Assembly: GCF_009834535.1 (NCBI RefSeq)
Contig: NC_045697.1
Span: forward strand, 23,810,001-23,874,000
Length of the DNA stretch: 64,000 nt
Direction of reading: 5' to 3'
Origin: Camelus ferus
Lineage: Eukaryota
Of the stretch, positions 53,049-64,000 are shown in pieces (position 1 is the first letter of the stretch; the number at the start of each line of letters is the position of its first letter). The notes beneath the pieces were generated by a model. It was not told the origin of the DNA and ran no database searches. It worked only from the letters and a program-made list of their open reading frames with translations. Made by a program: the position numbers and the translations under genes.

Positions 53049-53952
53049 ATGAGCAAGATGAAGAAGCAGAAAAACCTTTCCCAATTAAAAGAACAAGAGA
53101 AATCCCCTGAAAGAAAGATCAATGAAATAGATATCGATAGGCTACTAGATCAAGATTTCAAAAAAGGAGTGATCGAATTGCTGAAGGAATTAAAAGAGAT
53201 AGTGTTTAGAGATATAAAATATGTCAAAAATGAAATTGAAGCTATAAAGAAGAGCCAAGTAGAATGGATAAACTCATTGACAGAGATGAGGAATGATCTA
53301 ATAGCTGTGCAAAGCCGACTAGATAATGCAGAGGAACGAATTAGTGATCTAGAAGACAGGGCAATAGAAAGCACCCATTCAGAAGAACTACAAGAGAAGC
53401 AAATAAAAAATAATGAAAATAGCATAAGGGACCTATGGGATAATATAAAGCGTCCCAATCTTCGCATAATAGGGGTCCCAGAAGGAGAAGAAAGATCAAA
53501 GGGGATTGAAAAGGTTTTTGAAGAAATCATGACTGAAAACTTCCCAAACTTAAAGAAGGAATCAGATATCCTAGTATAGGAAGTTCAAAGGGTCCCAAAC
53601 AGGAAGAACCCAAACAGACCTACACCAAGACATATCATAATCAAGATGGCCAGAGTCAAGGATAAAGAAATGATTCTAAAGGCAGCAAGAGAAAAGCAAA
53701 GAGTAAGTTACAAGGAACCCCCATAAGGCTCTCAGCTGATTTCTCTACACAAACACTACAGGCCAGAAGGGAGTGGCAAGATATATTCAAAGCCCTGAAT
53801 AAAAAAAAGATGCAGCCTAGGATCCTTTATCCAGCAAGGCTATCCTTGAGGATAGAAGGAGAAATAAAGAGTTTCACAGACAAAAAAAAAAGCTGCAGGA
53901 GTTTAGCAACACTAAACCCATGCTAAAAGAAATATTGAAAGGGCTATTCTAA
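53049..53952 (+). pseudogene. L1 ORF1p (RNA-binding chaperone), disrupted
   Basis: Coiled coil, then NLRIIGVPE, RPTPRHIII, ARREW and YPARLS motifs; premature TAG at 53577-53579; frameshifts at ~53714 and ~53885. Confidence 0.95.
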
Positions 53953-54356
53953 ATAGAAAAGAAGCAGGATGCTACAGAAATGAGAAACACACAACTGGAA
54001 ACGTGATAACTCATGAATTACAAGTAAAGTAAACATGAAATTATAAAAGAAGACATACAAATCACTGAGAGTGGGAGAGGGAGGCAGGGTAATATAGAAT
54101 ATTTTTTTCTTTCTTTTTTAAATTTTGTTAACAGTAGGATGGGTTTGAGATCATGTTACTATCAGTTTAATAAAAACAGTTATAGTAATGGGTTGATAGA
54201 TTTACAAAAAAGGGTAACCACAAGCCAAAAATTTACAAAGGAGTCACAAAAATTAAATAAAATCCATGATAATACAAAGGAAAATTACCAAACCACAAAA
54301 GGAAGAAGAAAGGAACAAAGAGGATATACCAATTCAACTGCAAAGATAAGTTCAAA

Positions 54357-57300
54357 ATGGCAATAAACACACATCTATCATTAATTACTGTAAATGTTAA
54401 TGGACTAAATGCTCCAGTCAAAAGACACAGAGTGGCAGACTGGATAATAAAGCAAGAACCTTCAATATGCTGCATACAAGAGACCCACTTTAGGGAGAAA
54501 GACACATATAGATTGAGAGTGAAAGGATGGAAAAGGATATTCCATGCAAATGGAAAAGCCAAAAAAGCAGGTGTTGCAGTACTGATTTCAGACAAAATAG
54601 ACTTTAAAACAAAGGCCATAAAGAAAGATAAAGAAGGACATTTTATAATGATTAAAGGAGTGATACAAGATGAGGATATTACACTCGTTAATATATATGC
54701 ACCCAATATAGGAGCACCTAAGTACATACAAGAATTACTAACAGAGATAAAGGGGGATATTGATGGGTATACAATCATAGTTGGAGATTTTAACACTGCA
54801 TTAACATCACTAGACAGATCTTCCAGACAGAAAATAAACAAGGCAACAGAGAAATTAAATACTACAATAAAAAAACTAGATTTGGTGGATATTTTCAGAG
54901 CATTACACCCCCAAAAAATAGGATATACATTCTTTTCAAGTGCACATGGAATATTTTCCAGGATCGATCATGTACTTGGGCACAAAAGAAACCTCAACAA
55001 TTTTAAGAAGATGGAAATTATCTCAAGCATCTTTACTGACCACAATGCCATGAAACTAGAAATCAACAACAGAGAAACAAAGGAGAAAAAAAGGAAAGCA
55101 TGGAGATTAAACAATATGTTATTGAAAAAACAATGGGTCAATGAGGAAATCAAAGCTGAAATTAAAAAATACCTTGAGACAAATGATAATGAAAGCACAA
55201 CCACTCAAAACCTATGGGACACAGCAAAGGCAGTGCTAAGAGGGAAGTTTATAGCGATACAGGCCTTCCTCAAAAAAGAAGGACAATCTCAGATAAACTA
55301 TCTAACCAACCAGCTAAAAGAATTAGAAAAAGAAGAACAAAAAACCCCAAAAAGCAGCAGAAGGAAGGAAATAATAAAGATCAGAGAGGAATTAAATACA
55401 ATACAGATTAACAAGACCATAGAAAAAATCAACCAAACCAAAAGCTGGTTTTTTGAAAAAGTAAATAAAATCGACAAACCTCTGGCCAAACTCACAAAGA
55501 AGAAAAAAGAGAGAGCACAAATTAGCAAAATAAGAAAGGAAAATGGAGAAATTACAACAAACAAAATAGAAATACAGAATATCATACGAGAATATTATGA
55601 AAAAGTATATGGAACCAAACTGGATAACCTAGAGGAGATGGACGAGTTTCTGGAAATATACTGTCCACCAAGACTGAATCAAGAAGAATCTGAACACTTG
55701 AACAATCAGATCACTAGAAAGGATATAGAAATAGCAATTAAAAACCTCCCTACAAATAAAGTCCAGGACCGGACGGCTTCACCGGGGAATTCTACCAAAC
55801 ATACAAAGAAGAACTCATACCAGTCCTTCTCAAACTCTTCCAGACGAATGAAAAGGAGGGATTACTCCCAAACTCATTCTATGAAGCCACCATCACCCTG
55901 ATACCAAAACCAGGCAAAGACACTACAAAAAAAGAGAATTATAGGCCAATATCACTGATGAACATAGACGCCAAAATCCTCACCAAAATTTTAGCAAATA
56001 GAATCCAACAACACATAAAAAAGATTATACATCATGACCAAGTGGGGTTCATCCCAGGGACACAAGGCTGGTTCAACATACGCAAATCAATCAGTGTAAT
56101 ACATCACATCAACAAGAGAAAGGACAAAAACCACATGATCATCTCAATCGGTGCAGAAAAAGCATTTGATAAAATTCAACACCCATTTTTGATACAAACT
56201 CTCGCCAAAGTGGGTATAGAGGGAACATACCTCAACATAATAAAAGCTGTATATGACAAACCTACAGCCAGCATAGTACTCAACAGTGAAAAACTCAAAA
56301 GCTTCCCACTAAAATCTGGGACAAGACAAGGATGCCCACTATCAACACTCCTATTCAACATAGACCTGGAAGTCCTAGCCACAGCAGTCAGGCAAGAGAA
56401 AGAAATAAAAGGGATCCAAATTGGAAAAGAAGAGGTAAAAGTGTCATTATATGCTGATGACATGTTACTATATATAGAAAACCCTAAAAGGTCCACACAA
56501 AAGCTACTAGAGCTGATTGAAGAATTCAGCAAGGTAGCAGGTTACAAAATTAACGTTCAAAAATCAGTTGCATTTCTTTACACTAACGATAAATCAACAG
56601 AAGAAGAAAGTAAAGAAACACTCCCCTTTAAAATAGCACCCAAATTAATAAAATATCTGGGAATAAATCTAACCAAGGAGGTGAAAGAATTATACACAGA
56701 AAACTATAAACCATTGATGAAGGAAATTAAAGAAGACTTTAAAAAATGGAAAGATATTCCATGCTCTTGGATTGGAAGAATCGATATTGTTAAAATGGTC
56801 ACACTGCCCAAGGCAATCTACAGATTTAATGCAATCCCTATCCAATTACCCAGGACATATTTCACAGAACTAGAACAAATCATAATAAAATTCATATGGA
56901 ACCATCAAAGACCTAGAATTGCCAAAGCATTACTGAAGAGAAAGAAAGAGGCTGGAGGAATAACTCTCCCAGACTTCAGACAATACTATAGAGCTACAGT
57001 CATCAAGACAGCATGGTATTGGTACCAAAACAGACATATAGACCAATGGAACAGAATAGAGAGCCCAGAAATGAACCCAGAAACTTTTGGTCAACTCATC
57101 TTTGACAATGGAGGCAAGAATATACATTGGAATAAAGACAGTCTCTTCAGCAGATGGTGTTGGGAAAACTGGATAGCAGCATGTAAAACAATGAAGCTAG
57201 AACACTCCCTTACACCATATACAAAAATCAACTCAAAATGGATTAAAGACTTAAACATAAGGCAAGATACAATAAACCTCCTAGAGGAAAACATAGGCAA

Positions 57301-58153
57301 AACATTATCTGACATACATTTAAAAAATTTTCTCCTAGAAGAAATAAAAGCAAGAATAAACAAATGGGACGTAATGAAACTTACAAGCTTCTGCACAGCA
57401 AAGGAAACCAGAAGTAAAACAAGAAGAAAACCTACGGAATGGGAGAAAATTTTTGCAAGTGAAACCGACAAAGGCTTGATCTCCAGAATATATAAGCAGC
57501 TCATACAACTTAATAAGAAACAACCAAACAACCCAATCCAAAAATGGGCAGAAGACCTAAACAAGCAATTCTCCAAGGAAGACATACACATGATCAAAAA
57601 GCACATGAAAAAATGCTCCATATCACTAATTATCAGAGAAATGCAAATCAAAACTACAATGAGGTATCACCTCACACCAGTCAGAATGGCCGTCATTCAA
57701 AAATCCACAAATGACAAATGCTGGAGAGGCTGTGGAGAAAGGGGAACCTTCCTACACTGCTGGTGGGAATGCAGTTTGGTGCAGCCACTATGGAAAACAG
57801 TGTGGAGATTCCTCAAAAGACTAGGAATAGACTTACCATATGACCCAGGAATCCCACTCCTGGGCTTGTATCCAGAAGGAAATCTACTTCAGGATGACAC
57901 CTGCACCCCAATGTTCATACCAGCACTATTTACAATAGCCAAAACATGGAAACAGCCTAAATGTCCATCAACAGGTGACTGGATAAAGAAGAGGTGGTAT
58001 ATTTATACAATGGAATACTACTCAGCCATAAAAACCGACAACATAATGCCATTTGCAGCAAACTGGATGCTCCTGGAGAATGTCATTCTAAGTGAAGTAA
58101 GCCAGAAAGAGAAAGAAAAATACCATATGAGATCGCTCATATGTGGAATCTAA
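54357..58153 (+). pseudogene. L1 ORF2p (endonuclease / reverse transcriptase), disrupted
   Basis: EN motifs NVNGLN, QETH, GDFN, RIDH, DHN; RT motifs QGCPLS and YADD; C-terminal Cys-rich region. One missing A at ~55760 splits it into the 514-aa and 731-aa ORFs of the track. Confidence 0.97.
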
Positions 58154-61024
58154 AAAACAAAAACAAAAACAAACAAACAAACAAAAACAAAGCGTAAATA
58201 AAGGACAGAAATAGACTCACAGACAGAGAATACAGACTTGTGGTTACCAGGGGGGTGGAGGGTGGGAAGGGATAGACTGGGATTTCAAAACTGTAGAATA
58301 GACTATGCTGTATAGTACAGGGAAATATACACAAAATGTTATGATAACTCACAGAGAAAAAAATGTGACAATGAGTGTGTATATGTCCATGAATAACTGA
58401 AAAATTGTGCTGAACACTGGAATTTGACACAACATTGTAAAATGATTATAAATCAATAAAAAATGTTAAAAAAAAAAAAAAAGTCCAGATGAAAAGTGTT
58501 TAGGGTTCTGAGCCATTTTTCTTTTTCACAACTCTCCAACTCCACCATTGTAGTGTGAAAACAATCATAGGTGACATACAAAGAAATATGTGTGACTATT
58601 TTCCAATAAAAAAATCTGTTAACACTTAAATTTGAATTTTATATAATTTTTATTAGTCATAAATATCAATCTTCTTTTGATTCATTTTCAACTATTCAAA
58701 ATGTGGACACCATTCTTAGTTTGTGAGCTATATGTACAAGCGATGGCCTGGATTTTATCCTCAAATTGTAGTTTGCTAACAGTATAGACATGTAAGTAAT
58801 AGAAATATGAAAACAGTTACATAATTTAATATGTACATGAGATTATAATATAAAATGCAGAAATTTTTAACCATTGTTTGAGTTAGTCAGAGATCGATTA
58901 CTGGAAAAAGTGAGATGATAGGCACTTAAAGTAAGTCTAATTAGGGATAGAGGACAAGGAATTGGAAAGCAATAGAGATAGAAACAAGTTGTTAAGTAAG
59001 GGATCCAAAGCAGAAATGAATGAAGTGTGTCTTGGTGATTTGGAACTTAACATTTTATCATTGATTTGGATATTGGTAGTGCTTACCAATGATCTCTTTC
59101 ATCTGTTATTCTATAAATTTCTATTTTTTAAGCTTATGCTGACTGATATAGTGCTCATTTTAATGATTTAATATTATATACAGTCTTTCAATATAAATAT
59201 AGTTAATAATTTAAAAATATCTGACTTCAATATTCATATTAAATGTGGACATTTCATTTCTTTTATGGAAATCTTTGTAGAAAGTTGTCTTTTTTTAACC
59301 ATGATTTGATTGCATCTGTCTTTTTTATGGTTCTTAACTCTAAAATTGAAAAAAGAGACTATTTAAATCAAACATGCAAATAAACAGTATGAAAGTAGTA
59401 CCTCTTCTAAGGTAGAATTCTCGGGCCAATGATCCCTTCTTGGTGCTGGCTTCAAAGATACTGAATTTCTATTATAACTTGTAAGATGAGAACATGACGA
59501 CTTAGCAGACAGAATCCCTCTTTAAGTACTGTATCTCCACATAAAAACTGTGTGTTTAAGCCTCCAAACTAAGTAATTTTATTGAAAGAAAAACACATAA
59601 CTTGTGTGGCAAGGATAAAATTAATTAACCAATTAAGAGAAGTCTTCTCAAAAACTGATTACAGTATCATGTGAGCAAATCAAATCATGAATCTCCTCAA
59701 GATACCAGCATTTAAATTTGTATATTACAGATAGTCATGATGATAGATTTTTATTTTCAAAGAAGTTAAACTTCTTGGTGCAGGATGCGGAAAATATTTT
59801 CTCAACCTATTAGCAACACTAACTTCAGTATTATAAAAATGGTTTGGTAGTATCATACTTGAACAGATGTCCCCAGGCCAATATATACTGAAGGCAAAGG
59901 AAAGCAAATTATTCATAGTTTGAAAGGTATCAGCTAAAGAGTAATAATGAATCAAATCCCTGCTCTCAAAAAACATTTCATTTAAGACAAGGCTGTGCAC
60001 AGAGTGTTAAATTGTCATGCCAGGTTTCCAAGCCATACAGCCTGATCCAAGAGTCCACACTCTTCACCACTATATAAAATATTCATTACTCCAGAGTGAG
60101 TTATACCAAGTTGTTAATTCATTGTAAATTTTTCTAGTGAAATATTCACATAGCAGACATTCTGGCAATTAGCGGCAAACACTACTGAATCTGATTAATT
60201 TCTGCTTCATTTGCATTTCAAAATTTATTTACATTGAGGTAGAAATATTTTGATGTCAAAATAATATGGTAAGAGTGTGAAAGTTGAAAAAATGGTCTTA
60301 CCAGAAAGAACAAATAATAATACGTTGAGAAATGAAGAGGGACACAATCTTGTCAGAACATTTTTCAGTCATCCAAGTATTTTTACTAGTCATCTAGTAT
60401 ATTTTACTAGAGGGTGGGAAACACTGAAAATTCCATGATGGCTTAGTTGTCTTAGTATCAGTAAACTCTCTGTAACATTAGGGTTCTGAGTCAGAGAACG
60501 CCGAAATATCCTCCATTGGTGCCAAAGTGGTTATGAAACTATTACTGCCTGGTGACCAAGCAGGTTTACTGGCTTATAAAAATAAGCCCAGCTTGAGGCA
60601 AAGAATAAAGACGCTCTTAGATTTTGCTTCTTCATACTAATGTAGCTATTAATGTACTGGCCTGAATGATTTTTCTTACTTACCTTCTTATACCAATATA
60701 TTACTTTCTTAAGAAAATTATAAATATCCTAGAAATACTAATTTAATTTTGGTCACAAGCTTCATGTGTAGTGAATATTCATTCATTCAAGCATACTTTG
60801 ATTCATTCTGTGGTGCTTCAGTGATATCTATGAATGTATCTGACTGATATATCTGAATGAATTTAAATTATAGAAAAATGACCTCATATAATTACCACCT
60901 TCAATTCCAAACCATTCTGGGATTATTTTTCAAGACTTCTAGATTTCTGGGTAGGACTTCAGGGAGATAACATACATTTTAGATGAGTCCTATATCCCTC
61001 TATATTTAATGCTTCATACTCTCC

Positions 61025-61452
61025 TTTTTTAAAAATTTGTTTTTATTGAGATATAATTGATAAATAACATTATATAAGTTTAAGATATGCAATGTGTTGA
61101 TTTAATACATTTATATATCACAGTGTGATTAACACCATAGCATTAGCCAACACCTCTCTCGCATCACATAATTATCATTTCTTTTTTTGTGCTGGTAACA
61201 ATTAAGATCTAGTCTCTTACCAACTTTGAAGTTGATAATACAGTATTGTTGACTGTATAATCACTGTGCTGTGCATTAGACCTCCAGGGCTTATTTATCT
61301 GCAATTTGCACCCTTAAACAATGTCTCCCCAGTTCTCCCACCCTGTAGCCTCTGGTAACCACCATCCCACTCTGTTTTCACGAGTTTGAGTTATTTTAGA
61401 TTCCACATATAAGGGATGTCGGGCAGTGTTTGTCTTTCTCTTTCTGACTTAA
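61025..61452 (-). mobile_element. L1MA-type 3' end
   Basis: ttttattgagatataattga...cctctggtaaccacc...ttagattccacatataag...tttgtctttctc. Confidence 0.85.
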
Positions 61453-62850
61453 ATTACTTCATAATGTCTGTCTTAAGTCTGCTTCTCCCTATATATTATA
61501 TGTACTATATAAAATGAATAAAATTATTACATTGTATATTTTTAAAATTATATGTTTTATGAAAACACATTATATAATTACACATATAATATGAAAATTA
61601 GCTCATACTGAATTGCTAGATTGTTCATCTACTGGTTCACTTAAGTACATTTTAGAAAGTTCTTTAACAGCCTACCCTTTTCTGAAAGCACTCTAAATAT
61701 GGAATTTTCATCGAGTACTCTGAAGAGATCTCTCTGATGTGCCTAATTGAGTGCCAGCTGGGCATGAAGTGGGTCTAATTGTTCTTTATAGCATTTAGTG
61801 CATTGTTGATGCTCAAAGCATCTTTAAATGATGACAATAGAAACAGTGTTCCCTGGCCTCTGGATAGAATGTTTCCTCCCTTGCTATTTTCTCTCTACTG
61901 GGTGTATTACAAGACCCAGTCTCACAGTCCAAATTGCTTGGATTGTGATCGTTTGTTTCCATGCTTTGGCATTGTTCTTTCACTGTATTTATTGGTATTT
62001 TGGCATTTCTTCCACTCAGGAGATACGGGAATTGGCTTGTCTCTATGTCTTCCTTAACCTGTGAAAAATACCTCATAGAAAACCCATCTAAAAGTTCTTA
62101 ATTTTTATTATTTTGATCAGGGAATTCATAATTTGAAGTAAAAGTATAAATTTTCTTTTTCTCCAAGGAGGAAAAAAGTCACCAAATGAAACTTGGAGAT
62201 TTTATTCAACTCCAGTATCTTGAGATGTTACTCAATTTCTATGCCCAGTGTTATACATCACAAATACACTTATCTTTGCATTCCAATGGATCAGCAGAAA
62301 ACTGAAGGGAAGCTTTTAAATTATTGCAAATTCCCGATAGTTTCACCATTATAAACCTTTGTCCACTAAAAATCTCTATTGCTTTCTTCCACAGTCTGAC
62401 ATGGTTGCATTATCTAATTCACGCAGTGGTTGGAACAGGCCCTCCTCACACCCCACATCCATTTTTCCTGCATCAGTTCTTGAGATGTGGCAGTAGCATT
62501 ATTTTATTTTATTACTTAAGAATAATATAATAGCTTGCATTCCTAGAAAGCTCATTTTTATTTCAAAATTAAAATATTTTCCTTTTATTTTAAATGTTAC
62601 TAATATATAAATGCACCTTTTGGAAAACATAAAGAAAATAATATATATGTGTATATGTTTCATAAGTAACACATGCGCACCCCTCCCACCAAAGTTCTAG
62701 TAATAAGCTAGAAGTCTTCTAATATTTCCATACTTAAGTCATGCAATTCAGTCTTCTAATCATGTGAGAACAAAAACTTACTCCATGAACTCAACTTGCA
62801 GATCTGTAAGAAGGCCTGTGTATGGATTAAGAAAAATTAGGCCTTGTCTC

Positions 62851-62890
62851 ATTCTGTGTAGATGATTGAAATTCTGTGTAGATGATTGAA
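62851..62890. repeat. Perfect 20-bp tandem duplication
   Basis: ATTCTGTGTAGATGATTGAA x2. Confidence 0.9.
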
Positions 62891-63139
62891 TAATGTATTT
62901 TGTGTAACTCAAAGCATTGTTACAGTCACTGGTATTTAGTTTGTTCGTAGGATTCCCAAACAAATCTCATTCATAGTCTCCTGACATCTTTTTAAATAAT
63001 GGAAAAAATTAACATGCAGAAAATGCATTTAGTGAAATGAAACTATTATTTCTGGCAGATACTTAAACTCTAAGCCCCACTGTAATCCTCTGGTGGCATA
63101 AAATGAAGAAAGTGGAAAACTAAGTTAGATTAATTGTAA

Positions 63140-63340
63140 TGAGCATAACTAATATTTATTGAGTGTTACAGACACTATACTTGGACATTTTACATCTTAT
63201 TTAATCTTTATAGCAACTGCAAGAAGTGTTACTGTCACCAGTTTACAGGTAAAGAAAATAAGCATAGAGAGATTTGTAGACTTGGGCAAGGTCATTTTGC
63301 TAACAGGAAATAAATGCAAAGTTCTAATTCATGTAGTCAG
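63140..63340 (-). mobile_element. MIR SINE
   Basis: taatatttattgagtg...atttaatctt...ccagtttacaggtaaagaaa...gacttgggcaaggtca. Confidence 0.7.
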
Positions 63341-64000
63341 ATAGAGAATGCATAGAAATGGTTTAAGTGATTTCCAATACCTAAAAAGAGTTAGCAGTTT
63401 CCTTTATTTATTTATTTTTCCTGTGCAAGTCTGTATCACTATTGGAATCCTCTGTATCTTACTCCTGTGATGGCAGGAAAAGTCCCAGGTAACTCAGGGT
63501 AACAGCAAATCAAAAGGCATTTACTCCAATAAAAGATAGTTGGTTCTCATTCCGCCATTACTCTTTTACCAAGTCTTGGTGTCCAGATAGTATCTTTGCA
63601 TATGACACGTTCTTTCATGCATTCTTTTTATGTGGATATGGAGTTAGAAAAGGAAAATGCTAGATAATGGGCTGGGACAGTAAAGATGGGGTGACTTAAG
63701 CTGTTCCAAGTGACCAATAGCTGTTAAATATGTTATGCATTTATTAATTTATTGAGTCAATACATATTTATTGAATTTCAACTAGGAATTGAAGTCTGGG
63801 GTAGATACTGTGGCACATAAGTAAGAAATATGTAGTTGAAATAATTGAGCAAAAATACAAGGAATTGTGCTACACCATGGGACCCAACACATCAACTTTA
63901 TCACACAATCCTTTTTTGAGATATTGATATATATATATATGCATATATATGTAAACAAATTTAAATTCTCATTCCCCAAAGTATCAGAAACATTGGTAAG

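Larger units (their letters stand above)
51375..58477 (+). mobile_element. Young full-length LINE-1 (~7.1 kb), inactivated
   Basis: CpG-rich 5' UTR starting ggacggagaagatggcggag (YY1-type AAGATGGC); ORF1; ~400-bp spacer; ORF2; 3' UTR; poly(A). TSD AAAAAGTCCAGATG (51361-51374 / 58478-58491) at a TTTT/AAAA endonuclease site. Confidence 0.98.
51335..58782 (+). mobile_element. MER58B-like hAT DNA transposon split by the full-length L1
   Basis: Left piece cagtagttggcaaac...aaagtccagatg; right piece 58478-58782 (...caactccaccattgtagtgtgaaa...ccaataaa...aaatttgaattttatataatttt...gtagtttgctaac). Confidence 0.75.
24727..62090 (+). pseudogene. Candidate decayed multi-exon gene or lncRNA transcribed rightward from the CpG island
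   Basis: Exon-shaped unique segments with polypyrimidine-AG acceptors and GT donors: 34647-34828, 37347-37580, 42528-42630, 42813-43156, 47181-47277, 49526-49690, 59731-59926; further acceptors at 24727 and 61792; donor ATG|GTAAGT at 32771. All contain stops; no protein identified. Confidence 0.3.

Noticed and set aside
53150..57651. Hydrophobic minus-strand ORFs inside the L1 coding region
   Set aside because: Well-known antisense shadows of A-rich L1 ORFs.
59755..59800. FKEVKLLGAGCGK, resembling a kinase glycine-rich loop
   Set aside because: Spacing is not GxGxxG, there is no VAIK lysine, and the frame is flanked by stops.
1..64000. CRISPR arrays, rRNA, tRNA, NUMT or prokaryotic systems
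   Set aside because: None seen; the window is mammalian nuclear DNA and its repeats are transposon-derived or simple.

Overview
Mammalian, AT-rich, repeat-dense genomic DNA with no intact cellular protein-coding gene that I can recognise. The L1 style and the apparent absence of Alu, BovB/Bov-A, PRE-1 or CAN SINEs suggest a cetartiodactyl, probably a camelid (inference). Main elements: (i) a CpG island at ~8.4-8.9 kb with splice donors pointing outward in both directions; (ii) exon-shaped, stop-interrupted unique segments on both sides of it, possibly two decayed genes or lncRNAs; (iii) a decayed ERV1-type internal region (~10.7-16.6 kb) carrying six solo LTRs, three nested inside one another, each with a readable 4-bp target-site duplication (TSD); (iv) several L1 generations: a young full-length 7.1-kb L1 (14-bp TSD, inserted into a MER58-type transposon, inactivated by a few lesions), an older internally deleted L1, and two 5'-inverted L1s; (v) a local ~180-bp inverted-plus-direct templated duplication. 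Repeat family names come from my recall of consensus sequences, not from a search.
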